DNA of 64,000 bases from Auanema rhodensis (taxonomy: Eukaryota > Animalia > Nematoda), in contig OZ059898.1 of NCBI GenBank assembly GCA_964057225.1, positions 1,488,001-1,552,000 on the forward strand, written 5' to 3'. This document shows positions 1 to 12,137 of the stretch, in pieces; position 1 is the stretch's first letter, and the number at the start of each line of letters is the position of its first letter. Under the pieces are notes generated by a model. It did no database searches. It saw nothing but the letters and a program-made list of their open reading frames with translations, and was not told where the DNA came from. The position numbers and the translations under genes are program-made.

Positions 1-20
1 CATCTACTTTTTGCTAAATT

Positions 21-55
21 ATTTTGAAATTTTTCGAAAAAATTTTTGTCAAAAT
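21..55. other. Imperfect palindrome IR1, repeated per monomer: ATTTTGA...TTTTTCGAAAAA...TCAAAAT
   Basis: Perfect 12-bp palindrome TTTTTCGAAAAA at 30-41; outer arms ATTTTGA (21-27) and TCAAAAT (49-55) are reverse complements. The central C (pos 35) is polymorphic among monomers. Confidence 0.85.
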
Positions 56-68
56 GTTTTTGGAAGCA

Positions 69-96
69 ATGTTGAGTGTACATGGAAACTCAACAT
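69..96. other. Inverted repeat IR2, repeated per monomer: ATGTTGAGT-N10-ACTCAACAT
   Basis: Perfect 9-bp arms at 69-77 and 88-96 with the 10-nt spacer GTACATGGAA. Confidence 0.93.
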
Positions 97-170
97 ACAC
101 TAATGCATCATTTTTCAAACGATCATAACTAATTTTTGTATTAAGCGTTTCTCAGTGTAGTAGAGTGCAT

Positions 171-237
171 TCGATGCGGATTTTTAAGCTGCGTCGATCT
201 GTGTTATCAGATTTGCGCTAGCTTAAAAATGCACCGA
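171..237. other. Long imperfect hairpin IR3, repeated per monomer, ~67 nt
   Basis: ATTTTTAAGCT (180-190)/AGCTTAAAAAT (220-230) form a perfect 11-bp stem. GCG (191-193) pairs with CGC (216-218) and ATCTG (197-201) with CAGAT (208-212) around a TGTTAT loop. The outer TCGATGC (171-177)/GCACCGA (231-237) pair at 6/7. Confidence 0.93.
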
Positions 238-247
238 GATATCAACT

Positions 248-269
248 GATATAAGTTCACACTTATATC
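248..269. other. Inverted repeat IR4, repeated per monomer: GATATAAGT-TCAC-ACTTATATC
   Basis: Perfect 9-bp arms at 248-256 and 261-269 with a 4-nt loop. Confidence 0.93.
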
Positions 270-3200
270 CTCGATTTTCACCCTGAAGAATTAATTTTTT
301 CGTTGAATAACATTGTCCATCGTCTTTGCCTTGAAAAAAGGAATCTAAAAACATCTACTTTTTGCTAAATTATTTTGAAATTTTTCGAAAAAATTTTTGT
401 CAAAATGTTTTTGGAAGCAATGTTGAGTGTACATGGAAACTCAACATCCACTAATGCATCATTTTTCAAACGATCATAACTAATTTTTGTATTAAGCGTT
501 TCTCAATGTAGTAGAGTGCATTCGATGCGGATTTTTAAGCTGCGTCGATCTGTGTTATCAGATTTGCGCTAGCTTAAAAATGCACCGAGATATCAACTGA
601 TATAAGTTCACACTTATATCCTCGATTTTCACCCTGAAGAATTAATTTTTTCGTTGAATAACATTGTCCATCGTCTTTGCCTTGAAAAAAGGAATCTAAA
701 AACATCTACTTTTTGCTAAATTATTTTGAAATTTTTTGAAAAAATTTTTGTCAAAATGTTTTTGGAAGCAATGTTGAGTGTACATGGAAACTCAACATAC
801 ACTAATGCATCATTTTTCAAACGATCATAACTAATTTTTGTATTAAGCGTTTCTCAATGTAGTATAGTGCATTCGATGCGGATTTTTAAGCTGCGTCGAT
901 CTGTGTTATCAGATTTGCGCTAGCTTAAAAATGCACCGAGATATCAACTGATATAAGTTCACACTTATATCCTCGATTTTCACCCTGAAGAATTAATTTT
1001 TTCGTTGAATAACATTGTCCATCGTCTTTGCCTTGAAAAAAGGAATCTAAAAACATCTACTTTTTGCTAAATTATTTTGAAATTTTTCGAAAAAATTTTT
1101 GTCAAAATGTTTTTGGAAGCAATGTTGAGTGTACATGGAAACTCAACATCCACTAATGCATCATTTTTCAAACGATCATAACTAATTTTTGTATTAAGCG
1201 TTTCTCAATGTAGTAGAGTGCATTCGATGCGGATTTTTAAGCTGCGTCGATCTGTGTTATCAGATTTGCGCTAGCTTAAAAATGCACCGAGATATCAACT
1301 GATATAAGTTCACACTTATATCCTCGATTTTCACCCTGAAGAATTAATTTTTTCGTTGAATAACATTGTCCATCGTCTTTGCCTTGAAAAAAGGAATCTA
1401 AAAACATCTACTTTTTGCTAAATTATTTTGAAATTTTTTGAAAAAATTTTTGTCAAAATGTTTTTGGAAGCAATGTTGAGTGTACATGGAAACTCAACAT
1501 ACACTAATGCATCATTTTTCAAACGATCATAACTAATTTTTGTATTAAGCGTTTCTCAATGTAGTATAGTGCATTCGATGCGGATTTTTAAGCTGCGTCG
1601 ATCTGTGTTATCAGATTTGCGCTAGCTTAAAAATGCACCGAGATATCAACTGATATAAGTTCACACTTATATCCTCGATTTTCACCCTGAAGAATTAATT
1701 TTTTCGTTGAATAACATTGTCCATCGTCTTTGCCTTGAAAAAAGGAATCTAAAAACATCTACTTTTTGCTAAATTATTTTGAAATTTTTCGAAAAAATTT
1801 TTGTCAAAATGTTTTTGGAAGCAATGTTGAGTATACATGGAAACTCAACATACACTAATGCATCATTTTTCAAACGATCATAACTAATTTTTGTATTGAG
1901 CGTTTCTCAATGTAGTATAGTGCATTCGATGCGGATTTTTAAGCTGCGTCGATCTGTGTTATTAGATTTGCGCTAGCTTAAAAATGCACCGAGATATCAA
2001 CTGATATAAGTTCACACTTATATCCTCGATTTTCACCCTGAAGAATTAATTTTTTCGTTGAATAACATTGTCCATCGTCTTTGCCTTGAAAAAAGGAATC
2101 TAAAAACATCTACTTTTTGCTAAATTATTTTGAAATTTTTCGAAAAAATTTTTGTCAAAATGTTTTTGGAAGCAATGTTGAGTGTACATGGAAACTCAAC
2201 ATCCACTAATGCATCATTTTTCAAACGATCATAACTAATTTTTGTATTAAGCGTTTCTCAATGTAGTAGAGTGCATTCGATGCGGATTTTTAAGCTGCGT
2301 CGATCTGTGTTATCAGATTTGCGCTAGCTTAAAAATGCACCGAGATATCAACTGATATAAGTTCACACTTATATCCTCGATTTTCACCCTGAAGAATTAA
2401 TTTTTTCGTTGAATAACATTGTCCATCGTCTTTGCCTTGAAAAAAGGAATCTAAAAACATCTACTTTTTGCTAAATTATTTTGAAATTTTTTGAAAAAAT
2501 TTTTGTCAAAATGTTTTTGGAAGCAATGTTGAGTGTACATGGAAACTCAACATACACTAATGCATCATTTTTCAAACGATCATAACTAATTTTTGTATTA
2601 AGCGTTTCTCAATGTAGTATAGTGCATTCGATGCGGATTTTTAAGCTGCGTCGATCTGTGTTATCAGATTTGCGCTAGCTTAAAAATGCACCGAGATATC
2701 AACTGATATAAGTTCACACTTATATCCTCGATTTTCACCCTGAAGAATTAATTTTTTCGTTGAATAACATTGTCCATCGTCTTTGCCTTGAAAAAAGGAA
2801 TCTAAAAACATCTACTTTTTGCTAAATTATTTTGAAATTTTTCGAAAAAATTTTTGTCAAAATGTTTTTGGAAGCAATGTTGAGTATACATGGAAACTCA
2901 ACATACACTAATGCATCATTTTTCAAACGATCATAACTAATTTTTGTATTGAGCGTTTCTCAATGTAGTATAGTGCATTCGATGCGGATTTTTAAGCTGC
3001 GTCGATCTGTGTTATTAGATTTGCGCTAGCTTAAAAATGCACCGAGATATCAACTGATATAAGTTCACACTTATATCCTCGATTTTCACCCTGAAGAATT
3101 AATTTTTTCGTTGAATAACATTGTCCATCGTCTTTGCCTTGAAAAAAGGAATCTAAAAACATCTACTTTTTGCTAAATTATTTTGAAATTTTTTGAAAAA

Positions 3201-6200
3201 ATTTTTGTCAAAATGTTTTTGGAAGCAATGTTGAGTGTACATGGAAACTCAACATCCACTAATGCATCATTTTTCAAACGATCATAACTAATTTTTGTAT
3301 TAAGCGTTTCTCAATGTAGTAGAGTGCATTCGATGCGGATTTTTAAGCTGCGTCGATCTGTGTTATCAGATTTGCGCTAGCTTAAAAATGCACCGAGATA
3401 TCAACTGATATAAGTTCACACTTATATCCTCGATTTTCACCCTGAAGAATTAATTTTTTCGTTGAATAACATTGTCCATCGTCTTTGCCTTGAAAAAAGG
3501 AATCTAAAAACATCTACTTTTTGCTAAATTATTTTGAAATTTTTTGAAAAAATTTTTGTCAAAATGTTTTTGGAAGCAATGTTGAGTGTACATGGAAACT
3601 CAACATACACTAATGCATCATTTTTCAAACGATCATAACTAATTTTTGTATTAAGCGTTTCTCAATGTAGTATAGTGCATTCGATGCGGATTTTTAAGCT
3701 GCGTCGATCTGTGTTATCAGATTTGCGCTAGCTTAAAAATGCACCGAGATATCAACTGATATAAGTTCACACTTATATCCTCGATTTTCACCCTGAAGAA
3801 TTAATTTTTTCGTTGAATAACATTGTCCATCGTCTTTGCCTTGAAAAAAGGAAACTAAAAACATCTACTTTTTGCCAAATTATTTTGAAATTTTTCGAAA
3901 AAATTTTTGTCAAAATGTTTTTGGAAGCAATGTTGAGTGTACATGGAAACTCAACATACACTAATGCATCATTTTTCGAACGATCATAACTAATTTTTGT
4001 ATTAAGCGTTTCTCAATGTAGTATAGTGCATTCGATGCGGATTTTTAAGCTGCGTCGATCTGTGTTATCAGATTTGCGCTAGCTTGAAAATGCACCGAGA
4101 TATCAACTGATATAAGTTCACACTTATATCCTCGATTTTCACCCTGAAGAATTAATTTTTTCGTTGAATAACATTGTCCATCGTCTTTGCCTTGAAAAAA
4201 GGAATCTAAAAACATCTACTTTTTGCTAAATTATTTTGAAATTTTTCGAAAAAATTTTTGTCAAAATGTTTTTGGAAGCAATGTTGAGTGTACATGGAAA
4301 CTCAACATACACTAATGCATCATTTTTCAAACGATCATAACTAATTTTTGTATTAAGCGTTTCTCAGTGTAGTAGAGCGCATTCGATGCGGATTTTCAAG
4401 CTGCGTCGATCTGTGTTATCAGATTTGCGCTAGCTTAAAAATGCACCGAGATATCAACTGATATAAGTTCACACTTATATCCTCGATTTTCACCCTGAAG
4501 AATTAATTTTTTCGTTGAATAACATTGTCCATCGTCTTTGCCTTGAAAAAAGGAATCTAAAAACATCTACTTTTTGCTAAATTATTTTGAAATTTTTCGA
4601 AAAAATTTTTGTCAAAATGTTTTTGGAAGCAATGTTGAGTGTACATGGAAACTCAACATACACTAATGCATCATTTTTCAAACGATCATAACTAATTTTT
4701 GTATTAAGCGTTTCTCAATGTAGTAGAGTGCATTCGATGCGGATTTTTAAGCTGCGTCGATCTGTGTTATCAGATTTGCGCTAGCTTAAAAATGCACCGA
4801 GATATCAACTGATATAAGTTCACACTTATATCCTCGATTTTCACCCTGAAGAATTAATTTTTTCGTTGAATAACATTGTCCATCGTCTTTGCCTTGAAAA
4901 AAGGAATCTAAAAACATCTACTTTTTGCTAAATTATTTTGAAATTTTTCGAAAAAATTTTTGTCAAAATGTTTTTGGAAGCAATGTTGAGTATACATGGA
5001 AACTCAACATACACTAATGCATCATTTTTCAAACGATCATAACTAATTTTTGTATTGAGCGTTTCTCAATGTAGTATAGTGCATTCGATGCGGATTTTTA
5101 AGCTGCGTCGATCTGTGTTATTAGATTTGCGCTAGCTTAAAAATGCACCGAGATATCAACTGATATAAGTTCACACTTATATCCTCGATTTTCACCCTGA
5201 AGAATTCATTTTTTCGTTGAATAACATTGTCCATCGTCTTTGCCTTGAAAAAAGGAATCTAAAAACATCTACTTTTTGCTAAATTATTTTGAAATTTTTT
5301 GAAAAAATTTTTGTCAAAATGTTTTTGGAAGCAATGTTGAGTGTACATGGAAACTCAACATACACTAATGCATCATTTTTCGAACGATCATAACTAATTT
5401 TTGTATTAAGCGTTTCTCAATGTAGTATAGTGCATTCGATGCGGATTTTTAAGCTGCGTCGATCTGTGTTATCAGATTTGCGCTAGCTTAAAAATGCACC
5501 GAGATATCAACTGATATAAGTTCACACTTATATCCTCGATTTTCACCCTGAAGAATTAATTTTTTCGTTGAATAACATTGTCCATCGTCTTTGCCTTGAA
5601 AAAAGGAATCTAAAAACATCTACTTTTTGCTAAATTATTTTGAAATTTTTCGAAAAAATTTTTGTCAAAATGTTTTTGGAAGCAATGTTGAGTGTACATG
5701 GAAACTCAACATACACTAATGCATCATTTTTCAAACGATCATAACTAATTTTTGTATTAAGCGTTTCTCAATGTAGTAGAGTGCATTCGATGCGGATTTT
5801 TAAGCTGCGTCGATCTGTGTTATCAGATTTGCGCTAGCTTAAAAATGCACCGAGATATCAACTGATATAAGTTCACACTTATATCCTCGATTTTCACCCT
5901 GAAGAATTAATTTTTTCGTTGAATAACATTGTCCATCGTCTTTGCCTTGAAAAAAGGAATCTAAAAACATCTACTTTTTGCTAAATTATTTTGAAATTTT
6001 TCGAAAAAATTTTTGTCAAAATGTTTTTGGAAGCAATGTTGAGTGTACATGGAAACTCAACATACACTAATGCATCATTTTTCAAACGATCATAACTAAT
6101 TTTTGTATTAAGCGTTTCTCAATGTAGTAGAGTGCATTCGATGCGGATTTTTAAGCTGCGTCGATCTGTGTTATCAGATTTGCGCTAGCTTAAAAATGCA

Positions 6201-9200
6201 CCGAGATATCAACTGATATAAGTTCACACTTATATCCTCGATTTTCACCCTGAAGAATTAATTTTTTCGTTGAATAACATTGTCCATCGTCTTTGCCTTG
6301 AAAAAAGGAATCTAAAAACATCTACTTTTTGCTAAATTATTTTGAAATTTTTTGAAAAAATTTTTGTCAAAATGTTTTTGGAAGCAATGTTGAGTGTACA
6401 TGGAAACTCAACATACACTAATGCATCATTTTTCAAACGATCATAACTAATTTTTGTATTAAGCGTTTCTCAATGTAGCATAGTGCATTCGATGCGGATT
6501 TTTAAGCTGCGTCGATCTGTGTTATCAGATTTGCGCTAGCTTAAAAATGCACCGAGATATCAACTGATATAAGTTCACACTTATATCCTCGATTTTCACC
6601 CTGAAGAATTAATTTTTTCGTTGAATAACATTGTCCATCGTCTTTGCCTGGAAAATAGGAATCTAAAAACATCTACTTTTTGCTAAATTATTTTGAAATT
6701 TTTCGAAAAAATTTTTGTCAAAATGTTTTTGGAAGCAATGTTGAGTGTACATGGAAACTCAACATACACTAATGCATCATTTTTCAAACGATCATAACTA
6801 ATTTTTGTATTAAACGTTTCTCAATGTCGTATAGTGCATTCGATGCGGATTTTTAAGCTGCGTCGATCTGTGTTATCAGATTTGCGCTAGCTTAAAAATG
6901 CACCGAGATATCAACTGATATAAGTTCACACTTATATCCTCGATTTTCACCCTGAAGAATTAATTTTTTCGTTGAATAACATTGTCCATCGTCTTTGCCT
7001 TGAAAAAAGGAAACTAAAAACATCTACTTTTTGCCAAATTATTTTGAAATTTTTCGAAAAAATTTTTGTCAAAATGTTTTTGGAAGCAATGTTGAGTGTA
7101 CATGGAAACTCAACATACACTAATGCATCATTTTTCGAACGATCATAACTAATTTTTGTATTAAGCGTTTCTCAATGTAGTATAGTGCATTCGATGCGGA
7201 TTTTTAAGCTGCGTCGATCTGTGTTATCAGATTTGCGCTAGCTTAAAAATGCACCGAGATATCAACTGATATAAGTTCACACTTATATCCTCGATTTTCA
7301 CCCTGAAGAATTAATTTTTTCGTTGAATAACATTGTCCATCGTCTTTGCCTTGAAAAAAGGAATCTAAAAACATCTACTTTTTGCTAAATTATTTTGAAA
7401 TTTTTCGAAAAAATTTTTGTCAAAATGTTTTTGGAAGCAATGTTGAGTGTACATGGAAACTCAACATACACTAATGCATCATTTTTCAAACAATCATAAC
7501 TAATTTTTGTATTGAGCGTTTCTCAATGTAGTATAGTGCATTCGATGCGGATTTTTAAGCTGCGTCGATCTGTGTTATCAGATTTGCGCTAGCTTAAAAA
7601 TGCACCGAGATATCAACTGATATAAGTTCACACTTATATCCTCGATTTTCACCCTGAAGAATTAATTTTTTCGTTGAATAACATTGTCCATCGTCTTTGA
7701 CTTGAAAAAAGGAAACTAAAAACATCTACTTTTTGCCAAATTATTTTGAAATTTTTCGAAAAAATTTTTGTCAAAATGTTTTTGGAAGCAATGTTGAGTG
7801 TACATGGAAACTCAACATACACTAATGCATCATTTTTCGAACGATCATAACTAATTTTTGTATTAAGCGTTTCTCAATGTAGTATAGTGCATTCGATGCG
7901 GATTTTTAAGCTGCGTCGATCTGTGTTATCAGATTTGCGCTAGCTTAAAAATGCACCGAGATATCAACTGATATAAGTTCACACTTATATCCTCGATTTT
8001 CACCCTGAAGAATTAATTTTTTCGTTGAATAACATTGTCCATCGTCTTTGCCTTGAAAAAAGGAATCTAAAAACATCTACTTTTTGCTAAATTATTTTGA
8101 AATTTTTCGAAAAAATTTTTGTCAAAATGTTTTTGGAAGCAATGTTGAGTGTACATGGAAACTCAACATACACTAATGCATCATTTTTCAAACAATCATA
8201 ACTAATTTTTGTATTGAGCGTTTCTCAATGTAGTATAGTGCATTCGATGCGGATTTTTAAGCTGCGTCGATCTGTGTTATTAGATTTGCGCTAGCTTAAA
8301 AATGCACCGAGATATCAACTGATATAAGTTCACACTTATATCCTCGATTTTCACCCTGAAGAATTAATTTTTTCGTTGAATAACATTGTCCATCGTCTTT
8401 GCCTTGAAAAAAGGAATCTAAAAACATCTACTTTTTGCTAAATTATTTTGAAATTTTTTGAAAAAATTTTTGTCAAAATGTTTTTGGAAGCAATGTTGAG
8501 TGTACATGGAAACTCAACATACACTAATGCATCATTTTTCAAACGATCATAACTAATTTTTGTATTAAGCGTTTCTCAATGTAGCATAGTGCATTCGATG
8601 CGGATTTTTAAGCTGCGTCGATCTGTGTTATCAGATTTGCGCTAGCTTAAAAATGCACCGAGATATCAACTGATATAAGTTCACACTTATATCCTCGATT
8701 TTCACCCTGAAGAATTAATTTTTTCGTTGAATAACATTGTCCATCGTCTTTGACTTGAAAAAAGGAAACTAAAAACATCTACTTTTTGCCAAATTATTTT
8801 GAAATTTTTCGAAAAAATTTTTGTCAAAATGTTTTTGGAAGCAATGTTGAGTGTACATGGAAACTCAACATACACTAATGCATCATTTTTCGAACGATCA
8901 TAACTAATTTTTGTATTAAGCGTTTCTCAATGTAGTATAGTGCATTCGATGCGGATTTTTAAGCTGCGTCGATCTGTGTTATCAGATTTGCGCTAGCTTA
9001 AAAATGCACCGAGATATCAACTGATATAAGTTCACACTTATATCCTCGATTTTCACCCTGAAGAATTAATTTTTTCGTTGAATAACATTGTCCATCGTCT
9101 TTGCCTTGAAAAAAGGAAACTAAAAACATCTACTTTTTGCCAAATTATTTTGAAATTTTTCGAAAAAATTTTTGTCAAAATGTTTTTGGAAGCAATGTTG

Positions 9201-12137
9201 AGTGTACATGGAAACTCAATATACACTAATGCATCATTTTTCGAACGATCATAACTAATTTTTGTATTAAGCGTTTCTCAATGTAGTATAGTGCATTCGA
9301 TGCGGATTTTTAAGCTGCGTCGATCTGTGTTATCAGATTTGCGCTAGCTTGAAAATGCACCGAGATATCAACTGATATAAGTTCACACTTATATCCTCGA
9401 TTTTCACCCTGAAGAATTAATTTTTTCGTTGAATAACATTGTCCATCGTCTTTGCCTTGAAAAAAGGAATCTAAAAACATCTACTTTTTGCTAAATTATT
9501 TTGAAATTTTTTGAAAAAATTTTTGTCAAAATGTTTTTGGAAGCAATGTTGAGTGTACATGGAAACTCAACATACACTAATGCATCATTTTTCAAACGAT
9601 CATAACTAATTTTTGTATTAAGCGTTTCTCAATGTAGCATAGTGCATTCGATGCGGATTTTTAAGCTGCGTCGATCTGTGTTATCAGATTTGCGCTAGCT
9701 TAAAAATGCACCGAGATATCAACTGATATAAGTTCACACTTATATCCTCGATTTTCACCCTGAAGAATTAATTTTTTCGTTGAATAACATTGTCCATCGT
9801 CTTTGCCTGGAAAATAGGAATCTAAAAACATCTACTTTTTGCTAAATTATTTTGAAATTTTTCGAAAAAATTTTTGTCAAAATGTTTTTGGAAGCAATGT
9901 TGAGTGTACATGGAAACTCAACATACACTAATGCATCATTTTTCAAACGATCATAACTAATTTTTGTATTAAACGTTTCTCAATGTCGTATAGTGCATTC
10001 GATGCGGATTTTTAAGCTGCGTCGATCTGTGTTATCAGATTTGCGCTAGCTTAAAAATGCACCGAGATATCAACTGATATAAGTTCACACTTATATCCTC
10101 GATTTTCACCCTGAAGAATTAATTTTTTCGTTGAATAACATTGTCCATCGTCTTTGCCTTGAAAAAAGGAAACTAAAAACATCTACTTTTTGCCAAATTA
10201 TTTTGAAATTTTTCGAAAAAATTTTTGTCAAAATGTTTTTGGAAGCAATGTTGAGTGTACATGGAAACTCAACATACACTAATGCATCATTTTTCGAACG
10301 ATCATAACTAATTTTTGTATTAAGCGTTTCTCAATGTAGTATAGTGCATTCGATGCGGATTTTTAAGCTGCGTCGATCTGTGTTATCAGATTTGCGCTAG
10401 CTTAAAAATGCACCGAGATATCAACTGATATAAGTTCACACTTATATCCTCGATTTTCACCCTGAAGAATTAATTTTTTCGTTGAATAACATTGTCCATC
10501 GTCTTTGACTTGAAAAAAGGAAACTAAAAACATCTACTTTTTGCCAAATTATTTTGAAATTTTTCGAAAAAATTTTTGTCAAAATGTTTTTGGAAGCAAT
10601 GTTGAGTGTACATGGAAACTCAACATACACTAATGCATCATTTTTCGAACGATCATAACTAATTTTTGTATTAAGCGTTTCTCAATGTAGTATAGTGCAT
10701 TCGATGCGGATTTTTAAGCTGCGTCGATCTGTGTTATCAGATTTGCGCTAGCTTAAAAATGCACCGAGATATCAACTGATATAAGTTCACACTTATATCC
10801 TCGATTTTCACCCTGAAGAATTAATTTTTTCGTTGAATAACATTGTCCATCGTCTTTGCCTTGAAAAAAGGAATCTAAAAACATCTACTTTTTGCTAAAT
10901 TATTTTGAAATTTTTCGAAAAAATTTTTGTCAAAATGTTTTTGGAAGCAATGTTGAGTGTACATGGAAACTCAACATACACTAATGCATCATTTTTCAAA
11001 CAATCATAACTAATTTTTGTATTGAGCGTTTCTCAATGTAGTATAGTGCATTCGATGCGGATTTTTAAGCTGCGTCGATCTGTGTTATTAGATTTGCGCT
11101 AGCTTAAAAATGCACCGAGATATCAACTGATATAAGTTCACACTTATATCCTCGATTTTCACCCTGAAGAATTAATTTTTTCGTTGAATAACATTGTCCA
11201 TCGTCTTTGCCTTGAAAAAAGGAATCTAAAAACATCTACTTTTTGCTAAATTATTTTGAAATTTTTTGAAAAAATTTTTGTCAAAATGTTTTTGGAAGCA
11301 ATGTTGAGTGTACATGGAAACTCAACATACACTAATGCATCATTTTTCAAACGATCATAACTAATTTTTGTATTAAGCGTTTCTCAATGTAGCATAGTGC
11401 ATTCGATGCGGATTTTTAAGCTGCGTCGATCTGTGTTATCAGATTTGCGCTAGCTTAAAAATGCACCGAGATATCAACTGATATAAGTTCACACTTATAT
11501 CCTCGATTTTCACCCTGAAGAATTAATTTTTTCGTTGAATAACATTGTCCATCGTCTTTGACTTGAAAAAAGGAAACTAAAAACATCTACTTTTTGCCAA
11601 ATTATTTTGAAATTTTTCGAAAAAATTTTTGTCAAAATGTTTTTGGAAGCAATGTTGAGTGTACATGGAAACTCAACATACACTAATGCATCATTTTTCG
11701 AACGATCATAACTAATTTTTGTATTAAGCGTTTCTCAATGTAGTATAGTGCATTCGATGCGGATTTTTAAGCTGCGTCGATCTGTGTTATCAGATTTGCG
11801 CTAGCTTAAAAATGCACCGAGATATCAACTGATATAAGTTCACACTTATATCCTCGATTTTCACCCTGAAGAATTAATTTTTTCGTTGAATAACATTGTC
11901 CATCGTCTTTGCCTTGAAAAAAGGAAACTAAAAACATCTACTTTTTGCCAAATTATTTTGAAATTTTTCGAAAAAATTTTTGTCAAAATGTTTTTGGAAG
12001 CAATGTTGAGTGTACATGGAAACTCAACATACACTAATGCATCATTTTTCGAACGATCATAACTAATTTTTGTATTAAGCGTTTCTCAATGTAGTATAGT
12101 GCATTCGATGCGGATTTTTAAGCTGCGTCGATCTGTG

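Larger units (their letters stand above)
1..351. repeat. Representative monomer M1 (351 bp, ~31% GC, A/T-tract rich, 12 CpG)
   Basis: Read directly. The consensus has 57 C + 53 G in 351 bp by hand count. M1 differs from the consensus at pos 155 and 163. NsiI (ATGCAT, pos 103-108) and NheI (GCTAGC, pos 217-222) sites appear retained in every copy. Confidence 0.97.

Noticed and set aside
298-314. CENP-B-box-like TTTCGTTGAATAACATT
   Set aside because: It matches only the TTCG....A part and lacks the essential CGGG, so it is not a canonical CENP-B box.
283-336. Hammerhead-ribozyme-like core CTGAAGA (283-289) with downstream GAAA (333-336), as in newt, schistosome and cave-cricket satellites
   Set aside because: I could not build stems I, II and III around the core: the sequence between the motifs does not close a stem II and no partner for stem I was found. 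An Infernal search with Rfam hammerhead models on a monomer dimer would settle it.
1-351. Monomer length divisible by 3 (117 codons), suggesting a coding tandem repeat
   Set aside because: The supplied ORF track has nothing longer than 63 aa, and the best frame has stops at pos 14-16, 263-265 and 278-280.
1-351. Internal ~175-bp dimer substructure of the monomer
   Set aside because: The two halves show no convincing alignment by eye beyond T-tracts. A self dot-plot could test for ancient similarity.
1-351. Assignment to a known ~350-360-bp satellite (Drosophila 1.688/359-bp family or Tribolium satellites) or to a 5S rRNA, tRNA or SL-RNA tandem unit
   Set aside because: Only length and AT-richness are similar. 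I do not recognise diagnostic sequence of these families or any RNA gene motif, so a database search is required.
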